Assembly: GCA_964187785.1 (NCBI GenBank)
Contig: OZ076410.1
Span: 17,732,001 to 17,796,000, forward strand
Source of the DNA: Amphiscolops sp. MND2022
Lineage: Eukaryota
Direction: 5' to 3'
DNA: 64,000 nucleotides
Shown: one piece after another, positions 1 to 10,746 of the stretch
How positions within the stretch are numbered: the stretch's first letter is position 1
How the letters are laid out: the number at the start of each line of letters is the position of its first letter
Made by a program: the position numbers and the translations under genes
Notes under the pieces: generated by a model
What the model saw: the letters and a program-made list of their open reading frames with translations, nothing else
What the model was told of the DNA's origin: nothing
The model's database searches: none

Positions 1-869
1 GAAACAATATCACAATCACCAGTTAATGACATACGCTTTTTGTCCATGTTTGATCACTCACGAATGATACAGTTCTCAAATAACAGTTTTCACTGAAAAG
101 TCGGTTTGGCTGTAACGAAGACGTTATTGATCTGGGTTGATTTGTTCTGTAACATTGTTAGTCAAGATTTCAGTTTTTAAAAGTCTTCCATATATCTGAC
201 ATTGATACCTGAAGTCAGAAGAGCGTGATTATCGGATCCGCCTTCAGCTCATACAGGCCATTACCGTTTGTAAGGTATGTTAATAGTAATCATAAATGAA
301 AAACTTTGAAGTCAAACTGATCTTTATCGGAAAACATGAGGGTCATACAACGATCATGTGTGAAGTCTATTCTTGGCAAATAGTTTCCATGCATGGAAAC
401 ATTGTGTACTAAATGCCGGTCAACCAGCGATGTCGTATTCAGTGTAAGAAATATTCAGACGGAATCACAATAGCTTTTTGTTGGTTTTCAAACTGGGGGT
501 TACTTTTTTTTCAAAAAAAAATTATGAAAAACTTCAAGTATGAAAGTTTAGAGAAAAAAATCAGCTATTCTCAAGTTACTGCTTGACGAAGCTCTGCAAA
601 ATTTGAAATTTCTGATAACTCAAAGAAATCTAACTTTTATATCCTTGATTTTTCGACACATATTTGAGGAATGCGCTGTCAGTTTTTTGACAGCAGAAAC
701 AAATGTGTTCAACATTTTTCAATTTAGGGTTTCTTCAAAATGTGTTCTGAATTCTTATGATTTGGAAACTCTTCAATCAAAACAAGTAACTATAAAAATA
801 GTCAAGTGGTGGATGGCGGATTTCACTGCAAAGAGTATACTCAACAATAGTCAAAGTAACTATAAAAAT

Positions 870-1200
870 AGTCAAGTAGTGGATTGAGATCGCGGAGATT
901 TGGCAGAATTTGGGAAAACCGCAGCACAGATTATGATTGATTTTCCTCCCCCATTATATATGGGCGGAAAATAATAATATCTTCCAACAGTTGTCTTTTT
1001 GCCAGCTTTTGTTTCACGAACCTTTGTTTGCAAGCTTTTGCAGCACGATAGGATACATTGAGTGTGTACATTGAGTGCGTTTGCTGATGGCGTTTGTGTA
1101 CGATCGTGTTGCGCGAGCATGTAGTAGTTAAAATGTTAATTTTTCAAACAGACGCATGTGTTTCGCGTTCTTGTTGGTTGTTGTCAAGTTTTCAAGTTAT
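870..1200. mobile_element. Dispersed repeat family A (hairpin core TTTTCCTCCCCAT..ATGGGCGGAAAA), probable non-autonomous Helitron-like element
   Basis: Similar segments at 4320-4721 (inverted), 5230-5690, 37130-37748, 42410-42880 and 56798-56905. Confidence 0.6.
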
Positions 1201-2103
1201 CAGAACAAATTAAAAGCTTATTAATGACTACCAGTGCCATCTGGTGTTTCGAAATATGTTCCTTCAACATTTGCCAATTGTGGTGCCTGTGAATTCAATT
1301 CATTTGAATCCTTTTGACTTTCGGCATTTACAGACATTCCAAAGATATGCAACTGGGAAATTCAACCACTTAAGTTATAAATGCGTCGATAAGTTTCTAA
1401 ATAGGCAATGGTGTGTAGACACACCACCGTTGCTAGGTCAGATTCGTATCGGATTTTTACCCGTACAATGTTTGGGAAGTTATACAGCGGATATCTAGGA
1501 TATCTGTCGATATAACCGATGTGGGGTTATATTGCACTAAGGGCGAGGAAAAACTCCCTCGAGATAGAAACAAGGGTATATAATATACTAAGTGGACCAA
1601 AAGATTGACACAGAAAGTGAAAGATTATCAGAAGTGATGATACGATAATGAAAAGTGAAAAATTTTGTGCATTCCGTTTTTTTGGTTCACCTAGTATTTG
1701 TCTAGACAAAGAGTCATATGCTCTCATGAAGTCTAGTGTTGCTTCATTTGATGATTAGTTTTTTACATTAACTTCTGTCGGTGATGTTACTCATCTCGAA
1801 AAGTTATAAACAAAAACAAGAAAAGCCAAGTATAAAGCGAAGTTCAAACGCATATCATGTTTACAATCAACGTATCACGAGCTCTTGAATGTTGCATTAC
1901 ATAATCTGAACCAAATTTAACAAATATGGTCATACTGACCACTCAGGTATCTATTTGTTTAGGAACGACCTAAATGGTCAACCTTAAACTTTGAAGACCA
2001 TTATTCTTATCCTAACCCATGTCCAATCTACGATATCTAGTCAAAACATCTGAATAATTATCATCGAGTTATCACTTGATTTCTTTATTAATCTCTCAGC
2101 ACG

Positions 2104-3648
2104 ATGTTAGCTAGTTCATTTGCTAAACGTCACCGAATTTGTATGACTCAGCTTTTTTATGGACGAATTATGAGAGGGATGACCACTAGAGTTGCTTCAA
2201 AAACAAATGTGACGACTCAAGGGGCCTTATACAATGAAAGTTGGTTCTCTGCTGCTAATTTGAAAGTATATGAAGTGACCTATCCTGTTCTTGATAAAGC
2301 ACTGGATTCTGTAACGAAACTTGAAGGCAACATTTTGTATTTTCAAGATCTAGGATGCAGTGCTGGTAGGAATGCTGTGGATTATGGACGTATTCTCATG
2401 CAAATGCTTCGAGCTAAGGGCGATATACGACCCGTCAGATATGTATTCAGTGATCTGCCTTCAAACGATTTTCCTTCTCTCATGAAACTTCTCTCCTCCG
2501 CTCCTCATTTACAACCAGACAAAAATGTATTTCCTTTTGCACAGGCACAAGATTTTTACGATCCATGCTCCCCAAAATCGTCTGTACATCTTTCTTTGTC
2601 TTTGATTACAATGCATTGGATTTCACAAATCCCAACTGCAACGGTTGATGAAGAGGATCTCCAGTTGCAGCCGTATTTATGTGCCAATGAGCCCGGTTGT
2701 CCTTCAATGATACGTTCCTTGTGGCAAAAGCATGCTCATCAAGATCTCAAGTTATTTTTGAGACTTCGAGCGCAAGAGCTGATGCCAGGTGGGGCCCCCC
2801 ACCATCAAATTTTTTCGTTGGAAAATTATTTCAAAAATTGTTTCAAACTGGCCAGATTAGAGGTAAAATCTTCTTCCGAAACTGGAAGTTAACTTCAATT
2901 GGAAAATTCTTTCGTTTGAACAAAACCTTTTTCACTCACTTTGACTGTGATTATGTTCGAATTATTTGTTTTTTTTTGTTGTGACTCAAAACAGAAAGCT
3001 GTTGATTGTCCTAGTCAAAAATGAGTAATAAAGAAAACTAGTGTGAAAAAAGTTGGTATTTGGATTCCAAACTGCAACCGTCGAATCGAAATTAAAATCA
3101 AGGCATTTTTGAGCGGTTTAAAGTCTTTTCAATTGAGGTATTTTCACTAATTTTTAAAATGAAAATTGGTGGTGGGGTTACAGAAAAGATCCCCAGGTGG
3201 ATATGGTATATACATGATGCCTGCAAATGGACCAGTGAAAGAATGGGTAGATGGAAATGACAAAGCACAGGGTAGTGTGTTTACCGCGGCAATGAAGCGA
3301 GCAGCGGGGAAAGGTCTTATTCCGAAAAAGGCGCTTATCAAGGCGATCACTACATACTACCTTCGCACTGAAGAAGAGGTGCAATTCGCTGCCAGAGAAG
3401 TGCCAGATCTGGAGGTAGTGAGTGTTAAGACAACGGTAGTGCCTCTGTGTGAAGGGTCGGGTCCACAACAGATGTGCAACCTAGCTTGGTCCATTAATCA
3501 AGCTTCTATTCAAACATCCGCAGGACTAACTGACGACCAAGCGGAGGCGGTGAAAGCAGAACTGAAAGATGTTCTCGAAGAAAGATTTGGACAAAATAAA
3601 GGCGCCAATATGCCTTATATCATGATATGTGTGAGGAAAAAGCCTTGA
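2104..3648 (+). CDS. SABATH-like SAM-dependent methyltransferase (Methyltransf_7 / PF03492-like), paralog 1; 2 exons (2104-2788, 3197-3648), 378 aa
   Basis: SABATH motifs are present in order: DLGCSAGRN, SDLPSNDF, QDFY, MHWIS, DLKLFLRLRAQELMPGG. A GT..AG phase-1 intron (2789-3196) joins ORF 2104 and ORF 3166 in frame as ...ELMP-GG-YGIYMM...; stop TGA at 3646-3648. Confidence 0.9.
2793..3192. mobile_element. TIR MITE forming the intron of paralog 1 (Introner-type), 8-bp TSD CCAGGTGG
   Basis: CCAGGTGG at 2785-2792 and 3193-3200. Right end AAAATTGGTGGTGGGGTTACAGAAAAGATCC is the inverse of the left end (partly deleted in this copy, complete in paralog 2). Confidence 0.75.
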
Positions 3649-3963
3649 TGCTTCTTGTCTTTAGTGCCACATGTACATTAGAGAAAAGGGTTTGAAGCTT
3701 GACTCGAAAACATGAATTGAATCACTGTTTATGGCACACAAGCTGTGACGCCACTAAGTGCTTTGAACTGACATATAGTATCAGACAAGTGCCATACTGC
3801 TGTTTTGTCTACTTGAACGATATTATATTCTATATATTGTTGTGTTAATCTAGTTGCATTTCAATAATTCATATTTGGAAGCCTTGATCGGTTTTATTTT
3901 TGTTGCGTTTGCTGTTTGTATTTCATTAATTTGGTTGTTGTACATGTTTACATTTACAAAAGG

Positions 3964-4093
3964 NNNNNNNNNNNNNNNNNNNNNNNNNNNNNNNNNNNNN
4001 NNNNNNNNNNNNNNNNNNNNNNNNNNNNNNNNNNNNNNNNNNNNNNNNNNNNNNNNNNNNNNNNNNNNNNNNNNNNNNNNNNNNNNNNNNNNN
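3964..4093. other. Assembly gap (N run)
   Basis: 130 N bases. Confidence 1.
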
Positions 4094-4319
4094 TAAAGTG
4101 TTAACAAATGTTACAAAAACCATTATCACACAATTTAAACTTCATAAAGTCTGAAAAGTATATTTTCCCTTTGAATATTGAAAACTTTTTTGAAACTCTT
4201 AGAAAAATATTTATCCGTATAAATGTACTACTCACTACGTTTTTCCAATAAGATTTGTGCACTTCACAAATTGAAATTTGATGCAACAACAAACAACAAC
4301 AAAAAAGAAGTCCTTTTAC

Positions 4320-4721
4320 ACTTGGGTTTGTTATTTTCCGACCCCATATTTTACAAATAGGGGAGGAAAATCATGATCTGTGTTGCGTTTTTTTCCAAAT
4401 TTTGCCAAAATTCCATTTTGTACTCCACTTCCTGCTCACTCTCCCTCCATAATACTCCACTTCCTGCTCACTCTCCCTACTCACTCTCCCCACTTACTCT
4501 CCCACCATAAAAGGTAAACTCAGCCGCCAACTCCGCAAGTAAAAATGGGAATAAGATCTAAAGGGAATAAGATCTAAAATTCCAGGACGGGAATAAGATC
4601 TAAAATCACTAAATTTTAGATCTTTTTCTTTAGATCCTATTCCCCTCCCAAAATAGCTATGGCTCAATTGGTGAAGGCGAAAAGGGAGGAAAATATCCCG
4701 GTGCTTAGCGGGCGTCTTGTA
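4320..4721 (+). mobile_element. Family A copy ending in a GC hairpin + CTTG (Helitron-like 3' end), with internal GGAATAAGATCTAAA repeats
   Basis: 34 bp identical to 37715-37748 (GGAAAATATCCCGGTGCTTAGCGGGCGTCTTGTA); GGAATAAGATCTAAA occurs three times near 4548-4605. Confidence 0.5.
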
Positions 4722-5869
4722 TGACAATTGTACCCTGTATATGCGAGACGATCTATTTACAACTAGTCCAGGAATTGTGAAATTACACCTAACAAAACAC
4801 ACATTGGGTTATGTTTGTTGAGGAGTGATATTTTGACTCCTACGGGTGTTCCTTTCCACAACATCTCCTTTAACAAATAAATCCAAACACGGCAAGTGTG
4901 TATTTTGATTATCAGGTCCAAAACTAGATTCATTATGAGCCTCCTAATCTCTTTGTTTATTCTCTACAAGGCACATGAAAAAGGTTTTTAAAATGATGTT
5001 TTAAAATTGTATAATCAAACTTTGGAGTGATCAATCGGAATTATCACAATGACATTAAGGTGGTTGTTTTAAATTCTTAGTCCACTGTTGCAACTCTGAT
5101 TAGATGATTCAGAGTCTACTAAACTCTCTTTAATGTATTTACCTGAGTTGCATTGATTAAAATGAGTTTTGAATTGAGTTTGCCGCGTTTTGCGGCCTCG
5201 TTCGACATCGGGGTTCCAGTGTAGTCCCACGAAGTTTCACGGATCTTGAAATTGCTGATAACTCAAAAATTCGTTTGTATCCTTCATAAGGTATAAACGA
5301 AAGTTTCAAAATCAAAATATTATTGTGTTTCTAGTCAAAATTCGAGTCATTGAGCTCTTGAGGCTATTTTTCCAACACATATTTGAGTACCACGCTGTTA
5401 GTTTTTCGACAGCGGAAACAGGAGGTTTCAACACTTATTCACTCTAGGGTATCTTCAAAGTGTAATCTGAATTGTTACCATTTGGAAACTCTTCAATCAA
5501 AATAATATCTTGCATCTGCTGTCTTTTTACAAGCTTTAGTTTTTGTTGACGTCACGTATATTACAATACATTGAGTGCGTTTGCTGATGGCGTTAGTGTA
5601 CGAACGTGTACTAGGTAAAAACGTATTTTTTTCAATCATAACATACAGACGCACGTCTTTCGCCTTCTTTGTTGTTTTCAATTTATCAACAAAATATTAA
5701 CTTTTTAGTCGGCGCCAATATTACAGTGACCAGTTTTTTGTTGGACAACTTTACTGGTAATTTTACATGATGCGTAATGGACAAGTTTTAAAGAACTATT
5801 AAACTACTGGACCGTCAACCAGAAACGCATATAAGTTAGTGGAAAGGGCCCCCTTTCATTTACTCCATT

Positions 5870-6112
5870 TTTAAAGTAAGATACAAAACCAGACGATGCT
5901 TTAGGGTGCCCTCTTCGAGTTTTTTCGGCACTGTGCGCCTTTTTTAATATATTTTTTTCTGTCTTCGAAGGGTTCCACTTTCAATTTTTCCATATTTTGC
6001 AACAAACTGCACTTTCAAAAATCCCAAAGATTCCCCTCTTTTACAATTTTATAAACTTTGCGCTTTTTGGACCTTAGATATAGCGCCGACTTTAGACGTT
6101 ACCGTCTTGTTT
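5870..6112 (+). mobile_element. Dispersed repeat family C (3' end ...CCTTAGATATGGCGCCGACTTGGGCCGTTCCCGGCTTG|TTT), Helitron/Helentron-like
   Basis: The same terminus occurs at 42153 (inverted), 50202 and 51001; an internal fragment lies at ~56140-56400. Confidence 0.6.
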
Positions 6113-6466
6113 AAGACTACCACTGCCAGCTTGTGTTTGGAAATAATTGTCTCAAACGTTTGCCGGGTCCCTGTGAACTCAATTCATTTGAATTTTTGTA
6201 ACATTTTCTGTAATTACAGACATCCCAAATATGTTCAATTGGGAAATTCAACCGCTTGAGTTACAGCCATGTGAATAATTCTTGTCGTCTCTTTCCAACA
6301 TTGCATGTTCATTTTAATTCGGTGGTACCAGTTCAAGAATAATTAGTTTTGAAACTTTGTTTCATGAAACTCAAAATTCACGTTATAGCCAACCTTAACA
6401 AAACGTTTTATTGTAGTATTCTGCGTTGTCTCCTATGAATTTGGTTTCAAACAAACATCAATAGAA

Positions 6467-6658
6467 ATGCGGAAACTCAATGTTAAAAAATTTCTGGAAA
6501 AATGTCTCCCAAAAGATATTGCGTGTGAACTGCAATTGAATACACGAACAGTACAGCGGATACTAAAGACAAACCGAGAAGCAGGGCAAAAAGAGTGGGC
6601 GCCCTCCAAAGTCGACAAAAAATCTAGGTCTACTTTAGGGAGGCTTGCACAAAAATGA
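6467..6658 (+). pseudogene. Tc1/mariner transposase N-terminal HTH fragment
   Basis: KDIACELQLNTRTVQRILKT matches the paired-like HTH pattern of Tc1-family transposases; the ORF is truncated. Confidence 0.55.
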
Positions 6659-7311
6659 CCGCCCAGAAGAACTGAGGACGTATTGGCTGATAAATGCTCC
6701 CCTACTTGTAAGGACCCAGGTCCTCTGTGTTTCACAAGCTGACTTAGAGTCCTTCGAAATTTTTGATCTCGACCCATTTATCTGTTCTCTATTCTCCTGA
6801 CTATTTGTGGCCTCCGTGTCATTGTTCCCTGATGAAGACGTGGAACTCACAATACTACCTATCTCAGGAGTAACCCTGTCAGATATAGCAGAGCTTATGA
6901 CCCTGTTGATCTGAGAATGCATTATGGACATCATAGAATCCATCTCCTGGGAAAGCCTCAGATTAAAATCATCCGTAATAGTTTCATTGATTGTAAAACT
7001 TCATCGCTTCTAGTATTGTTGTTTTCACTACCAGTGTTTTCAAATTCACCTTTATGGTGAAAGTCAACCATTGGATCATGATGCTGATTGGATCCAATGT
7101 CGCATTGGACTGTTGATTCCTCAATAGCATTAGCTAGTTCTCTCTCAATTGGATAAACGTTTTCATTCCCTACCATTATGTCTAAATTATCAAAGTCATA
7201 CATCATGTCCATTTCTCTAGATCTCCTTGCTTTCGTCTTTTGTCTCCTCGTAGAAGGCATACATAAGAAATGGTTGCAAGGGAAGAATCGAATTGAATCT
7301 TTTTCTTGCAC
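6635..7311 (-). pseudogene. Frameshifted ORF of unrecognised family, probably transposon-derived (MPSTRRQKTKARRSREMDMM... / ...SMMSIMHSQINRVISSAISDRV...)
   Basis: Two protein-like minus-strand ORFs (6958-7311, 6635-6943) abut across a frameshift, have no introns and interrupt the Tc1 fragment. Confidence 0.4.
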
Positions 7312-9309
7312 AACAAAATTTGTATCGGTTGTATAACTGAACAGTGACTAGTTTCAACAAGTTGTGTCGGGACTTGAGGTCCCGGGTATTTATATATTCA
7401 TATCTGCATGACTAGCGATTTTATGGGTGTCATGTTCTAAAAATAGCCTTAAGGGCTTTCTAAAGTAGCACCGACTGTTTTCAGCACCAATGACGTCACA
7501 TTTATAAATCAACTTCAAAGCAATTGCTTGCCGACACAGGTGAATGATGAAATGAAGGCATCGATATTTGTGTGTCCTCAAGGACAAGCAGCTGTAGATG
7601 TAACTAAATTCAATATTTCATGTAGCTTTACATGTAACTGTATTTTACATGCGATATAGAGTATCTATATATTTCAACATAACACTCTTGATATTGAAGG
7701 CCTACTAGTACAGAGGATTGCTATTTAAAGTTGGCAAGCTATTCATTCAACAGCACCAATAGTTTAAATAGGGACTAAGTGTTCATTCACCGTGATTCAT
7801 TGATGACGTAAGGCAAGTAGCCTCGGTAGCCTTTAAAGTAAACACTTCAGTAAGAATAAATGAATACTGCAACGTGATTGGTCTAAATGAGTTTTGGACA
7901 GCGTGTCCACGGCGACACGTGAGGGAACATTTGAACACGTTTCCTTTGCCTGTCCGCCTTGGTGTCCAATTATTAAGAAAGCATCAATATTTTACATGTA
8001 TAAATATACTAAATCAACAACATATCAACTAGATAATACTAATTTGAGCCAAAATGGGTTCATTCCGACATTCGGTCCGACCATTAATTTTGTTTCCATT
8101 ATCAAACAAAATATTATCATCAACATTAATATGAAACAAAGCTGCAAGTTTTAGTTTCTAATTCTTGGGTTGGGCGTCGTCCCTCCGGTTAAGGGAAATT
8201 GTTTCCAGTAGGGCTCTAACCAAGAGGCATCGTACCAGAAAGAGTGTTAGAATAATTGTATGAGATGGAATACCAGTTCCCATCGTATGCGGCAGCCTGT
8301 GACATTACTAGATACTGAAGTACATAATGTGGTTATTGAAATGATAGTTATTTTTGTTATTTCAAATTGTCATCGCTAAAGTAAATTGTTTAACATGACA
8401 TTGATTTAAAAACCAAAACGACAAGAATTATTCACAAGGGTTTATAACAGCGTCGGTACGCTTCTACATAGAGATCAGGTTTCTGCCAGTACGAAGTTTC
8501 TTGGGATCTTCTATAGTGGATATTTGGATATATATCCGTAACCGATGTGGGTCCATTCCACAAAGGGCGAAGAAAAAACCCCTAGATGAAAACAAGGATT
8601 ATACTGTACTAGGCGAACCATAAAAAACGGAGCACATGAAAATTTTGCTCTCTTAAGGTTCAAATATTTGTCAAATATATACTTCAAGTGTGAACAAAGT
8701 TACTGCTACAGACGTCTAGACTTTTTCTGCGGGTTCGGGTCATTCTTCGTGAACAATTTGATTACGTATAGAGATGATGACTAATAGAGAAAGTGAAAGA
8801 TTGTCAAAAAAGTCTTGTTTCAAATAATACGATTTTGAATAGTGAAAGCTTTTTTGCGTTCTTATTATGGTTCACCTAGTAATATTAACTTAGACATAAA
8901 GTCATATATTCTCATTAAGTCTAATGTTGCCGATGTACCGCAAAATTGAGAAGACGCCAATTTTATATTAGCAACTGAGGTTGATGGTACTAATTTCAAA
9001 AAGTTAAATAGGAACAAGAAATGACTATAGTATAAAACAAACCAAAGTTCAAAATTAAATAATGTTTACAATCAGCTCAACAAAAACCCATGACAAAATC
9101 TGAACAAATTATGACATATATGGTCATAGTGACTACACAGGTGACAGGTGACAATTCACTCGAAAACAAGAAACGACCTGAATGGTAAACCATAAACTTT
9201 GAAAACCATCATTCCTATCCTAACCCATCTTCAATCAACGATATCAAAACATCTGAATAATCATCATCTACGGAGTATCACGTGATTTTTTCTAGATTAA
9301 TCTGTCTTC

Positions 9310-10746
9310 ATGATGTTAGCTCGCTCATTTACTGAGAGCCATCGAATTTGTACGATCCAGTTTTTTTCTGAACGAATTATTAGAGAGATGACCACTAGAG
9401 ATGCATCGAAAACAAATGTGATGCAAGGGGCTTTATACAATGCAAGTTCTGTCGGTCAATTGAAATCACATGAAGTGACCTTTCCTAGTCTTGATGAAGC
9501 ACTGGATTCTGTAACGAAACTTGAAGGCAATATTTTGGATATTCAAGATCTAGGATGCAGTGCCGGAAGTAACGCTGTAGAGTATGGCCGTATTCTCATG
9601 CAAATGCTTCGAGCCAAGGGCGATTTACGACCCGTCAGATATGTATTCAGCGATCTGCCTTCAAACGATTTTCCTTCTCTCATGAAACTTCTTTCCTCCG
9701 CTCCTCATTTACAACCAGACAAAAATGTATTTCCTTTTGCACAGGCACAAGATTTTTACGAACCATGCTCCCCAAAATCGTCTGTACATCTTTCTTTGTC
9801 TTTGATTACAATGCATTGGATGTCACAAATCCCAACTGCAACGGTTGATGAAGAGGATCTCCAGTTGCAGCCGTTTTTAAGTTCCAATGAGCCGGATTGT
9901 CCTTCAACAATACATTCCTTGTGGCAAAAGCATGCTCATCAAGATCTCAAGTTATTTTTGAGTCTCCGAGCACAAGAGCTGGTTCCAGGTGGGGCTCTTT
10001 TCTCTACCCCCACCATCAAATTTTTTCGATGGAAAGTTATTTCAAAAATTGTTCCAAAATGGCCGCATTAGAGGCAAAATCTTCCTCCGAAACAGGAAGT
10101 TAACTTCTATTGGAATAGTTTTTCACTCACGTTAACTGATTATGTTCGATTGAACTTTTTTGTGACTCAAAATAGGATCCCAAACTGCCATACTTGAATT
10201 GAATTTAAAATGAAAGGTTTTCAGCCTTTTTAATTTTAATATTTTCACTGATTTTTCAAAATGAGTTCCGGGGGACAGAAAAGAATCCCAGGTGGATATG
10301 GTATATACATTATGGTTGCCAATGGACCATTGAAAGAATGGATAGATGGAAATGACAAAGCACCCGGTAGTGTGTTTACCGCGGCAATGAAGCGAGCAGC
10401 GGGGAAAGGTCTTATTCCGAAAAAGGCGCTTATCAAGGCGATCACTACATACTACCTTCGCACTGAAGAAGAGGTGCAATTCGCTGCCAGAGAAGTGCCA
10501 GATCTGGAGGTAGTGAGTGTTAAGACAACGGTAGTGCCTCTGTGTGAAGGGTCGGGTCCACAACAGATGTGCAACCTAGCTTGGTCCATTAATCAAGCTT
10601 CTATTCAAACATCCGCAGGACTAACTGATGACGAAGCGGAGGCGGTGAAAGCAGAGTTGAAAGATGTCCTCGAAGAAAGATTTGGACAAACTAGAGGCGC
10701 CAATATGTCCTACATCATGATTTGTGTGAGGAAAAAGAAGCCCTAA
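9310..10746 (+). CDS. SABATH-like SAM-dependent methyltransferase, paralog 2; 2 exons (9310-9988, 10292-10746), 377 aa
   Basis: Same motifs (YNASSVGQ, DLGCSAGSN, SDLPSNDF, MHWMS, RAQELVPGG). Intron 9989-10291 lies at the identical position and phase; the spliced frame is open to TAA at 10744-10746. Confidence 0.9.
9993..10287. mobile_element. TIR MITE forming the intron of paralog 2 (same insertion event), 8-bp TSD CCAGGTGG
   Basis: CCAGGTGG at 9985-9992 and 10288-10295; left end GGCTCTTTTCTCTACCCCC versus right end GGGGGACAGAAAAGAATC. Confidence 0.75.

Larger units (their letters stand above)
1480..3960 (+). repeat. Tandem segmental duplication unit containing methyltransferase paralog 1 (partner ~8510-11060)
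   Basis: Upstream sequence (e.g. GGATAT...AACCGATGTGGG...AAGGGCGA), CDS, intron and 3' flank all align with 8510-11060. Confidence 0.85.

Noticed and set aside
2080-2106. AG acceptors just upstream of start codons (2100; 43423) as evidence of SL trans-splicing
   Set aside because: Absent at the equivalent position in paralog 2, weak pyrimidine tract at 43423, and equally explained by a 5' UTR intron or chance.
2789-2892. ORF-track C-terminal extensions of the methyltransferases (..GGAPHHQIFSLE.. and ..GGALFSTPTIK..) and the separate ORFs starting at 3166 and 10261
   Set aside because: These are read-through into the intron; the GT-AG join restores a single SABATH protein of normal length.
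3850-4129. ORFs containing long X runs (also 58718-59489)
   Set aside because: Artefacts of translating across N gaps.
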